In this document: positions 19,801-28,328 of the stretch, one piece after another
Layout: each line of letters begins with the position of its first letter
Position numbering within the stretch: the first letter of the stretch is position 1
DNA from: an uncultured Gemmatimonadales bacterium
Lineage (GTDB): Bacteria; Gemmatimonadota; Gemmatimonadetes; Gemmatimonadales; GWC2-71-9
Direction of reading: 5' to 3'
Length of the DNA stretch: 64,000 nucleotides
Assembly: GCA_963844035.1 (NCBI GenBank)
Contig: CAWJMT010000037.1
Coordinates: 128,001-192,000 of the forward strand
Notes under the pieces: model-generated
The model's input: the letters and a program-made list of their open reading frames with translations, nothing else
The model's database searches: none
What the model was told of the DNA's origin: nothing
Made by a program: the position numbers and the translations under genes

Positions 19801-22800
19801 AGCACCACGGGCGTGCCGGGCTCGCCCTTCACCCCCACGTACACGCGGTCGCTCGCCAGCACCGTCCCGTCGTGCGGGGCGAAGATGTCGATACCCGCGC
19901 CCAGCACGATCCCCGCCTGCTGTCCGCCCTTGGTCGCGACCCGGGTGCGTGCCAGCGGTACCGTCACAGGTTCCCGCGCCGGGCCGTCGCCTGTGGACGC
20001 CGCTCCCGTGGCGCGCCCCGCGCTGTCCGCCGTCGACGCCACTACCCCCGGCCGTCCGGCGGGGAGCGGCTCGCGCGACACTTCCGCCATCTGGCCGGAC
20101 GGCGTGACAAAGTCCGGAGCGATCTGGCGAACCAGCGCAGTCATCCACGACGATGGCACATCGGGGTCCCGGGCTTCGGTCAGCGGGGACGCGCAGCGGC
20201 AAACGGCTCTTGCCGACGCGGAGCGTCGCGGTCGCGGAATCGCTGCCGATGGACGACCACGCGAATATCCGGATCTCACTCCGGGGCCGGCCCACGGGCA
20301 ATGGAATCGCCGTGTTGCCGAGCCACGCGTAGCTGGTGAACTGGGTGTCGCCCACGAACACCAACGCGGAGTCGGCGAGCGGAGAGAACTCCACCATCCC
20401 GTCGAGCGGCATGGGGGCATCTTTCCTCAGCATCACTTCGTAGCGCATCTGCGGCCAAGCCAGCCCACCAACGGACGAACGCGATCTGTGTATCCGGACC
20501 GCCGCGAACTTCATGCTCACCACTTTTGACAGATCCGCCACTGTCAGATCCGCCGCTGGCAGGTCCACCGCCGGCAGGTCCACCGCAGGCGCCGCGACGA
20601 TGGCCGGGGCCTGGCGCAGGCCGCCCACCACCGGCGCTCCGCTCGGGGGGATGCCGAGGTCCACCGGGGGCGTCGTCCCGAGGGTGGCCGGCGCCTGGCG
20701 CAGGCTCTCCGCCACCGGCGCTTCGTTCGGGGCGACGCGGAAATCCACCCGGGGCGTCGTCCATCCGCTGGCCTCGACCGCCTGAATGTCGTCGCTCAAC
20801 ACCCGATAGCCCGGGGGCAGCGTCCGGGGGTCGAGGCGGAGCGCATGGCGACCGGGCCGCAGGTTCGCGAACGAGAACTTGCCGGTCGAGTCGGTGGTGG
20901 CAACCTGGCCGTCCTCGGTCCAGATGTCGATGCCCGCGAGGCCGCTGTCGCCCGCCTGTTGAGTGCCGCGGCCGGCGCGGTCGATCCACACCTTCCCGAT
21001 CGCCGCCCGCGTCTCCATCGGCCAGGCGCGGCGCACCTGCACCCATGCGACCGCTTGGGGCGAGACGACCTGGGCCGCTGCGGCCTGTGCGCCCGCGATC
21101 GCGCGCATCTCGGCCACCAGCCCCGGGGCCGACGCCAGCGCGACGCCGACGTGGAAGCTGCGCGTGGCGCCGGGCGCGAGTGGCGCCACGCTCACGAGCA
21201 CCAGCTGGCTCCCCGCCACCAGGACGGAGTCCGCGCCGAGGGCGGTGCCCTTGGCATAGCTCCCGCCCGCGGGCAGCGTATTCGTTATGCGGATGTCGTC
21301 GATCGGAACGATTCCGGAATTCCGCACAACGAGCGTGTAGGGGATGACCTCGCCCACGCCGACCTCGAGGGCATCGGCGGTGAGATCGAGCGCGACGGCG
21401 GTGCTGGGGGGCCCGATCAGAGCCAACAGCGCCGCCCTGACGGACAGCGCCGAGGCGTTCGTCGCAGCGAGGGCCCCCACGTTGCGGGCCCACACCGTGT
21501 CGCGCACGGCGGCGTTCACCTGAAGCACGACGTCAACAACCCCGCTGTCGCCGGGTGCGAGCGTACCCAGCGCCCAGCTGAGCACCGACCCGGAGGCAGC
21601 CGCCGGGGGCACCGCACTCACGTAGTCGAGGCCGGCCGGCAGCGTGTCGGTCAGGACCGTGTTGGACACGGCCGCGCCGGTCGGCGCGTTGCCATAGTGC
21701 AGCACGTAGTGCACCTGCTGCCCCGCCAGGGCCTGGGTCGCACCGACGAGCTGTTTCGAAAGCGTCAGGAGCGGCACCAGGACGCTGGTCTGGACGGCGT
21801 TGGTGTACGTCGTGTCGGTTATGCCGCCCGACGCGTAGACCGTGTGACCGCGGTTCGTCACGGTGCGCGCGGGACCCGGGTCCACCGCCACCTGGAACGT
21901 CACCGCGCCCAGGGCCCCAGCGGCCACGCCGCCCAGGTCCACGACCACGACGCCCGAGCCCGCGGGAACGATCGCGCCGGCGTCGTCGCCCGTGGCGTCG
22001 GTGAGGGGGGCGCCGTTCCACCGGAGGGTGCCGGGCACGTAGGTCGTGCCTGCTGGGATCGTATCGGCGAGCTGGCCGCTCGTGGTCGTCCCGCTGCCCG
22101 ACGCGGCGTAGGCAATCGTGTAGCTCAGCACATCACCCGCCACCGCGGTGGCCCGGTCCACTTGCTTGGTGAGGGCCAGGGTGACCGGCGTGACGGGCAC
22201 GTCCAGCCGGTCCCGCACCGTGTCACTCACGGCGGGATTGAACCAGCTCATCGCGCTCACCGCAACGGTGTCGGTCGCGCCCAGCACCCCGGCGGCGCCG
22301 GGGATCGCGACCTGCGCCAGCAGATACGCGATGCCGGCATACCCCAGCGCGACCGGCCCGGCAAGCGCCGGGTCGGCGGGGTCGAGCAGGCCGTCGGCGT
22401 TCACGTCGCGATACAGCGTCACGGGCCATCCGTGACTCGACACGCCGGCGACGGTGAACGAATCCGGACCGTTCCCGACGTTCGTGAGAGTGTGCGCGAA
22501 CAGGACCGCGGTGCCGGCGGCCCCACTCGAGACTCGTGGCGGCTCGACGTCCGCCCCCGCGACTTGGCCGACGAGGACGTCGGCCGTGTCGGAATAGGAG
22601 ACGAACCCCGTCCCGCTCGGGGTATCGAACGTGGCGACCGCCCAGGCACGGATCTGCGTTCCCGCGGGGGTGCCCTGAGCGGCGACAGGCGATTACGACA
22701 AACAACCTGAAAGCACAGAGGAGGGCGGCCGTCCGGCCCGCGACCGCTAAGCCGCGCCGGGCGAACCGCCCCCTCTGCACTCCGCAGGTGCCGAACTGCA

Positions 22801-22801
22801 T
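16866..22801 (-). CDS. Giant exported protein: N-terminal GTPAGT strand, Ig-like domain, three DUF11-type domains, SdrD-B-like domain, linker, C-terminal outer-membrane beta-barrel-like region (frameshifts near 22695 and 20185)
   Basis: AQGTPAGTQIRAWAVATF; LALTKQVDRATAVAGDVLSYTI..DTIPAGTTYV; GKVWID...GLAGIDIWTEDG...TDSTGKFSF; YPILGDAS; long alternating-strand C-terminus ending in F. Confidence 0.85.
20530..20589 (-). repeat. 15-bp coding tandem repeat x4 (PAVDL PAVDL PAADL TVADL)
   Basis: cagatccgccactgt cagatccgccgctgg caggtccaccgccgg caggtccaccgcagg on + strand. Confidence 0.85.
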
Positions 22802-22816
22802 CGAGACGCTCGGCCC

Positions 22817-24042
22817 CTAGTTGATGCTGACGCGGAGTTCGAACGTGGCGCTACCGGCCGCGGCCAGGACACCACCGGTGCCCGTGTAGTCCGCCGTCAC
22901 GTTCTGCCCGACCACCCCAACACTCCAGCCGGTGGACGAGCTGGTGGATACGTACGTCACCTGCGCCGGCAACGCATCGGTCACCTGCACGCTCGAAGCG
23001 GAGGTGGAGCCGCCGTTGGTCACTGTGATCCGGTACCGGATGACCTGCCCGGGGACCACCGTGCCCGAAACCGGCGTGACCCCGTCATCGAGGTACGCGG
23101 CCTTGGCGAGCGTGAGGTTCGGCTTGATGACCGTCAGGTCCATGAAGCCCTGATTGGTCGTCGCGGGCTGTCCGACCGACGCGGCCGAGCAGGTTCAACG
23201 TGTCCGTCGATCCGCCGGCCACGTTCGCCACGTTGTAGATGACCGCGACCGCCTGCGACGCGCCGGCTGCCAGCGTGAAGCGCGCACTGTCACCGGCAAC
23301 GCCGTTCACCGACACGATGGTGATCACCGCGGACCCCGGGCTCGACCCCAGCAGATCGAAGTCGTCGCTCCCGTTGCCGTTGTTCTGCGCGGTGAAGCGT
23401 GAACGAATAGTTGTTGCCCGGGAGCCTCTGGACGTTCTGGCCCCCGTCCGGCGTGACTGCGACTGCGTGCGTCTGCGACGGGGTGATACTGCTCGCGGCG
23501 TTGCCCGACGTGGCCGGCGTGCGCCGTGACGTGGCCGTCAGGGTGTAGACGGTGTTCACGCCGCCCTTATTGCTCGCCACGTCATAGACAACCTTGACCG
23601 TGATCGAGCCGCCTTGCGCGATTGACGCACCCGCGAGCGCCGCGTTCAGCGCCGCGAGGCTGGCGTACGTGGTGCCGCTGTAGCGGTACCCCGTCACCGA
23701 AATCACGCCGGCGACGGAGATGTTCTGGGAGATCGTGACGCTGTCGTTGCCGTTGCCCGCGTTTGCCACCGTGAAGTCCAGCGTGTCGGCGGTGCTCGGC
23801 GACGCGGGGGTCGGGCTGGGTGTGTTAGCGGTCACCGCGACGCCGGCCGTGAAGCCGACCGTCACCGAAACCGATCCCGTGACCGGGGTGTAGGCGTTGT
23901 TGTTGGCGTCGGTATAGGTCGCGGTCGCCGTGTTCGTGATGACCGTGCCCTCCGGCGTCTGCGCCACGACTCGCGCGGTGACGGCGATGAGTGCCACCAC
24001 AGCGACGGCGAGGCTTTGGGTCCAGCGCAAGTACTTGAACAT
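22817..24042 (-). CDS. Secreted DUF11-type protein, candidate major fibre subunit (frameshifts near 23395 and 23180)
   Basis: AAGGAG RBS; signal peptide then QTPEGTVITNTATATY; two N.GNG.D Ig-like repeats; C-terminal PNLTLAK...PGQVIRYRITVTN...VTDALP...ATFELRVSIN*. Confidence 0.85.
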
Positions 24043-24083
24043 CTGTCATCTCTCCTTGAGGTTGATTTCCGTTACCCGGACGC

Positions 24084-24590
24084 CTACTTCGCCTCGCCGG
24101 GTCCTGCATTCAGTTGCGCGCGAAACTCCGCGGTCACCTGTGCTCCCGGCGCCACGGACTCGAGTACCGTCCAGCGCACGTGCGTGTACAGCTCGCGCGG
24201 CGCCGGCTTCGTCACCTTGTGACCCTTCTCTTCCGCTTCGATGGTCGGCTCCGCGCTGTACGTCTTGCCGCCGTCGATCGAGAACGCGATGCGGGTCGGC
24301 TGGCGCGCGGCTGCCGAGCCAAGCACGTAGACCAGGCCCTGCGGGATCGGATCTTCGAACTGCACGTTCTTGACGGGCCCCTGCGTGAGGTTCGTGAAGA
24401 CGAGGGTGTAGCGGATCTCGTCTCCGGGGCGGGCGAGCGTCGAGTTTTTCCGCCCGCTCGCGGCTGCAGCAGTCACGTTGTGCGCCGTGATCACCAGCGC
24501 CTTGGGGCTCTGCGCCTGCGCGACAGCGACAACGGGCCAGGCCAGCACGGCGGCCAGGGTCGCAACGATCAGCATTCGCATCGTTCTCAT
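24084..24590 (-). CDS. Small secreted single DUF11-type domain protein
   Basis: AAGGAG RBS; signal peptide; ARPGDEIRYTLVFTN..DPIPQGLVYV..FSIDGGKTY..YTHVRW..EFRAQL. Confidence 0.88.
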   Translation of the reverse strand: MRTMRMLIVATLAAVLAWPVVAVAQAQSPKALVITAHNVTAAAASGRKNSTLARPGDEIRYTLVFTNLTQGPVKNVQFEDPIPQGLVYVLGSAAARQPTRIAFSIDGGKTYSAEPTIEAEEKGHKVTKPAPRELYTHVRWTVLESVAPGAQVTAEFRAQLNAGPGEAK

Positions 24591-24671
24591 GTTCGGGCTC
24601 TCCTTTACCTGCGTGTGTATCGAGCGTGTTAGGGTCATCAGTCCTCTGTTGTGCCAGGCGTGCCGCGCCGC

Positions 24672-24812
24672 TCATCCCCTTCGGGTTGGGCGGCGGCTCC
24701 CTCGCCACAGCGGAACACCGCACTCGCATCGAGGGCAAACGACCAACTCACCCAGGACCTGCGGGCGACCGAAGAACGTCAGTTCTGAGCAACTGGGGCA
24801 GCGTCGAACCAT
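24672..24812 (-). CDS. Putative 46-aa zinc-ribbon microprotein
   Basis: MVRRCPSCSELTFFGRPQVLGELVVCPRCECGVPLWRGSRRPTRRG*; two CxxC; AGAGGAG at 24830-24824. Confidence 0.5.
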   Translation of the reverse strand: MVRRCPSCSELTFFGRPQVLGELVVCPRCECGVPLWRGSRRPTRRG

Positions 24813-24844
24813 GTGTCGCAGCACTCCTCTCGAGCACGCGGAAA

Positions 24845-24860
24845 AGCAGGTCCTGTGCCC
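24845..24860 (-). promoter_or_regulatory. Candidate sigma54 -24/-12 promoter for the DUF11 operon
   Basis: Minus strand GGGCACAGGACCTGCT = GG-N10-GC. Confidence 0.6.
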
Positions 24861-24947
24861 CACGTGCCAAACTGCATAAACTAGTTATGTGACAATGAGT
24901 TACGTTACTTCTTGCTGGCGGGGTGGTGCTGCGGAACTGCTGGCGAT

Positions 24948-24963
24948 GTTACCCTGCGGTAAC
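24948..24963. promoter_or_regulatory. Palindrome GTTAC-N6-GTAAC, candidate activator binding site
   Basis: gttac cctgcg gtaac about 90-105 bp upstream of the sigma54 motif; extra GTAAC at 24971-24975. Confidence 0.45.
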
Positions 24964-24996
24964 GCGGTTGGTAACGCCTGGTCTGTGGTTCTGGGC

Positions 24997-27900
24997 TTAC
25001 CTGATTCGCGCGGTGAAGCCGATGGAGCCGGTGTTGTTGGGCGCGGTTTGGCTCAAGCTGCCGGTGAATGTCCAACGGATATTGGTGACCTGTCGATCAT
25101 AGCCCGCTGGCGCACCCCCGGCACCGCTGGTGGGGATGTACGTCCACGTGGTCCCTCCGTTACTCGAGTACGCCACGACCACCGTGAGACCGGTCGAGCC
25201 GAGATTGCTCGTGACAGACCCCACCTTGAAGTCGGAGTTGGTCGATACGGAATCGATGAGGACCAGCGCCTCCGCGGCGCTGCCGCCCGAGTTGGTGAAC
25301 GTCAGCGTGTAGGTGAGATCGGTGCCTGCCGGCACGGTGCCCGATGGGACGACGCTGTGTGCCAGCCCCATGGTCGGTGCCGTGCGGGTCAAGACCACGT
25401 CGTTGCCGGTGCCACCGACGTAGCTGATCTTGAAGGTCAGGTTGCTCAGTGTGACGGTGGATCCTTCCGGCAGTCCGGCGAAAGTCCCCGTTATCGCATC
25501 GCCCCCGTCGTTGGTGATGACGGTGAAGGTCATGCCATCGGTGGTCGCAAAGCCCACCGTGCCGCTCAAGGCGGCGCCACTCACGTTCACGGTCCCCGTC
25601 ACGTTGAGTCGATCGTAGCCGCTGCCCACGGTGGTGCCGTTGAGCTCGACCACGAAACCGGGTGCGCCGCTGCTCCAATTCACGTTACCGCTGTTGAGAA
25701 TGCCCGGGCCCGATCCGGGCGAAACTGTTCCGCCCAGGGCGGTGGAGGTGATCGCCCCTACCGTGCCCGTACCACCCAGCGTGCCCCCGTTCAGGCTCAC
25801 GGCGCTCGAGCCTTGGGAGCCGTTTACGAGCAGCGTCCCCGCACTGACGGTCGTCGTCCCGGTGTAGGTGTTGGCGGCGCTCAGCGTGAGCGTGCCCGCC
25901 CCATCCTTGGTCAGGGTCCCGGTGGTGGTGCCGATCACGCCGCTCACCGTGGTGTTGCCAGCGCCCCCAACCGTCAGGCCGACGCCCGCGCCGCTGATCG
26001 TGTTGGAGACGGTGAGTGTGCCCGCGTCGGAGTTGATGCGCGCCGCGCTCCCCAACGTGATCGCGCCGGACCAGGTGTTGTTGTTGGCCAGGTTGCGCAG
26101 GGCGCCGCCGCCGGCAATCCCGGTCCCGTTCAGGGTGATCGGCTCCGCGATCAGCAGCCCGCTGCCATCCACCTGGAGCGCCGCCCCGGCGGTTACGGTC
26201 GTCGCTCCGGCGGTCGTCCCCAGGGCCGTGTTGTTCTGAGCGTCGAGCACGCCCGCACTCACCGTCGTCACACCGGTGTAGGTGTTGGCGCCGGAGAGCG
26301 TCAAAGTGCCGGTCCCCGCTTTGGTCAGCGTCACGGTCCCGCTGCCGTTCTGGAGGATCCCGGAGAACAACGTGCTCGTGTTGTTGCCCCCCGCCGTGAG
26401 CGTTACCGCGCCCGCCACACCGCTCGTCACCGTGCCGGCGCCGGCGAGTGAGCCGATCGCGTCGCTGAACCCGTTGAGATCGAACGTGGCTGCTCCGGCC
26501 ACGGTCACGGCGCTGCTCGCGCCCACCGCGTTGGCGATGCCCAGCCTCAGGGCGCCCGCACTGATGGTGGTCGCCCCCGTGTAGGTGTTGGCGGCGCTCA
26601 ACGTGAGCGTGCCTGTCCCATCCTTGGTCAGAGTCCCGGTGGTGGTGCCGATCACGCCGCTCACCGTGGTGTTGCCTGCCCCCCCTACGGTTAACCCCAT
26701 CGTGGCGCCGCCGATGGTGTTGGACAGCGTGAGCGTGCCCGCATCGGAGTTGATGCGCGCCGCACTCCCCAACGTGATCGCGCCCGACCAGGTGTTGTTA
26801 TTGGCCAGGTTGCGCAGGGCACCGCCGCTCGCAATCCCGGTCCCATTGAGGGTGACCGGCTCCGCGATCAACAGCCCGGTGCCATCCACTTGCAGCGCCG
26901 CCCCGCTCGCCACCGTCGTGGCTCCCGCAACTGTTCCCAGGGCCGTGTTGGTCCGGGCGTCGAGCACCCCCGCGCTTACCGTCGTCACCCCGGTGTAGGT
27001 ATTGGCGGCGCTCAGCGTGAGCGTGCCTGCGCCCGCTTTGGTGAGGCCGCCCGCTCCGCTCGTGACACCGCTGAGGGTGAGCGTGCTTGCGGCATCAGTG
27101 ACCGTGATGGTGCGGGTTGCGGCGAAGGCCATCGCCAGGCTGATCGTATTGGATCCAGCGACACTGCCGTCCGTCAGGTTGCCCGCACCAAGCACGATGG
27201 AATTGCCGGCCAGCGTATAGCCCGTGCCGGTGATGGTGATCGAATTGAAGGTCGTCGCGGCCGCCAGACCGTTTGAATTGGAAAGATTCGCCGCGCCGCC
27301 CGGGAAGATGAGATCCTCTCCTCCCACGAGTGGCGTGCCACCCAGGCCCGACCAGTTGCCCCCGTTGACCCAGAGATTGCTCACCGCGCCGGTCCAGGTG
27401 GCGGTCGTGGCTCGAGCGAGAGCCAGGGTCTGCCCGACTCCCACATCGGCGTCGTTCGAGGCGGTCGCCGTCTTCACTCCGGTCGCTCCAGCAACCGGTT
27501 GCACGACGTAGTTCATTTCGAGCGTGATCCCGACGGCATTCGGTACGGCATCCGAAGAGACATCGACCGCCTCCGTCATCCCGCCGGGCGGGGTCCAGGT
27601 TGCAGCCGAGGTGAAACTGTGGGTGGTGACGATCATGTCATAGCTCTTCGTGGTCGTCACACTGGGGGCGGCGTGGGTCAGCGCGCTGGCCGTCACCTGT
27701 CCGTTTTCGATATCGACGGGAGCAGCGGTGTTGACCCCGAAGAAGGTCACGATGCCGCCCGCCGAGCCGGTGGACGTGTTGAAAGTCCAGGTGTAGCTCG
27801 CGGGCTCGCCCGCGGCGGCGACCTTCCGATAGGTCGCCTGCGAGCTGGCGTTGGTCGCCGCCTGGTTCGTGCGGCGAATCAGGGTCCAGCCCGCGGGCGC

Positions 27901-28104
27901 GGTGATCGTCGCCGTATTGGGCCGAACGGCGATGGCGGCGATCATCACGTCGCCGGTCACGGTCCCGGCCGGCTTGTTGACGGTGAGCGAAAGCACCCCG
28001 GTCGTCGCACCCGCCTGGGCGGACGCACGAACGGCCTGAGCAAACACCGGCGCAGGCAGCAGCCAGGCGATCGCGATCACCGCGACCAGAAGCCAGTACC
28101 TCAT
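24997..28104 (-). CDS. Secreted adhesin with autotransporter-associated beta-strand (PATR-like) repeats and C-terminal DUF11-type domain
   Basis: Signal MRYWLLVAVIAIAWLLPAPVFAQ; repeated LTK.G.GTLTLS.ANTYTG.TTVSAG.L; ends AGTDLTYTLTFTNSG...VTNIRWTF...GSIGFTARIR*. Confidence 0.9.
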   Translation of the reverse strand: MRYWLLVAVIAIAWLLPAPVFAQAVRASAQAGATTGVLSLTVNKPAGTVTGDVMIAAIAVRPNTATITAPAGWTLIRRTNQAATNASSQATYRKVAAAGEPASYTWTFNTSTGSAGGIVTFFGVNTAAPVDIENGQVTASALTHAAPSVTTTKSYDMIVTTHSFTSAATWTPPGGMTEAVDVSSDAVPNAVGITLEMNYVVQPVAGATGVKTATASNDADVGVGQTLALARATTATWTGAVSNLWVNGGNWSGLGGTPLVGGEDLIFPGGAANLSNSNGLAAATTFNSITITGTGYTLAGNSIVLGAGNLTDGSVAGSNTISLAMAFAATRTITVTDAASTLTLSGVTSGAGGLTKAGAGTLTLSAANTYTGVTTVSAGVLDARTNTALGTVAGATTVASGAALQVDGTGLLIAEPVTLNGTGIASGGALRNLANNNTWSGAITLGSAARINSDAGTLTLSNTIGGATMGLTVGGAGNTTVSGVIGTTTGTLTKDGTGTLTLSAANTYTGATTISAGALRLGIANAVGASSAVTVAGAATFDLNGFSDAIGSLAGAGTVTSGVAGAVTLTAGGNNTSTLFSGILQNGSGTVTLTKAGTGTLTLSGANTYTGVTTVSAGVLDAQNNTALGTTAGATTVTAGAALQVDGSGLLIAEPITLNGTGIAGGGALRNLANNNTWSGAITLGSAARINSDAGTLTVSNTISGAGVGLTVGGAGNTTVSGVIGTTTGTLTKDGAGTLTLSAANTYTGTTTVSAGTLLVNGSQGSSAVSLNGGTLGGTGTVGAITSTALGGTVSPGSGPGILNSGNVNWSSGAPGFVVELNGTTVGSGYDRLNVTGTVNVSGAALSGTVGFATTDGMTFTVITNDGGDAITGTFAGLPEGSTVTLSNLTFKISYVGGTGNDVVLTRTAPTMGLAHSVVPSGTVPAGTDLTYTLTFTNSGGSAAEALVLIDSVSTNSDFKVGSVTSNLGSTGLTVVVAYSSNGGTTWTYIPTSGAGGAPAGYDRQVTNIRWTFTGSLSQTAPNNTGSIGFTARIR
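25868..27007 (-). repeat. Internal direct duplication of about 420 bp at 717-bp spacing within the adhesin gene
   Basis: About 25868-26290 vs 26585-27007; both encode GGALRNLANNNTWSGAITLGSAARINSDAGTLT...GAGNTTVSGVIGTTTGTLTKDG. Confidence 0.85.
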
Positions 28105-28213
28105 GGACGAGCGCTTGTGCTTCGGCAATTCACCCTCGGAGGTTCGTCGTGCGATTGCGTCAGGCCCCTCGCCCGCGCTGTGGACGTTGGGGCAGGGTGC
28201 CGACGCTGGCTGG

Positions 28214-28229
28214 CGCAAGGGACGTGCCT
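28214..28229 (-). promoter_or_regulatory. Candidate sigma54 -24/-12 promoter for the adhesin gene
   Basis: Minus strand AGGCACGTCCCTTGCG, near-consensus TGGCACG-N4-TTGC. Confidence 0.8.
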
Positions 28230-28302
28230 CTCGGGCAAGTCGCCAATATGTTGTGTCGTAATACCTTAGCGGAATGAACAGAGTGAGGAGATGATGTGCG
28301 GT

Positions 28303-28318
28303 ATTACCTCCCGGTAAC
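28303..28318. promoter_or_regulatory. Palindrome ATTAC-N6-GTAAC, candidate activator binding site
   Basis: attac ctcccg gtaac about 75-90 bp upstream of the sigma54 motif; same spacing as 24948-24963. Confidence 0.45.
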
Positions 28319-28328
28319 CAGAACGGTA

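Noticed and set aside
17098..22443. 1781-aa ORF as a complete protein
   Set aside because: Only the part above about 20185 is protein-like. The rest is out-of-frame Arg/Gly-rich text, and the real C-terminus is in ORF 16866..20420.
25868..27007. Adhesin duplication as a DGR template/variable repeat
   Set aside because: Both copies are in-frame coding, and the differences are mostly third-position changes that are not confined to adenines.
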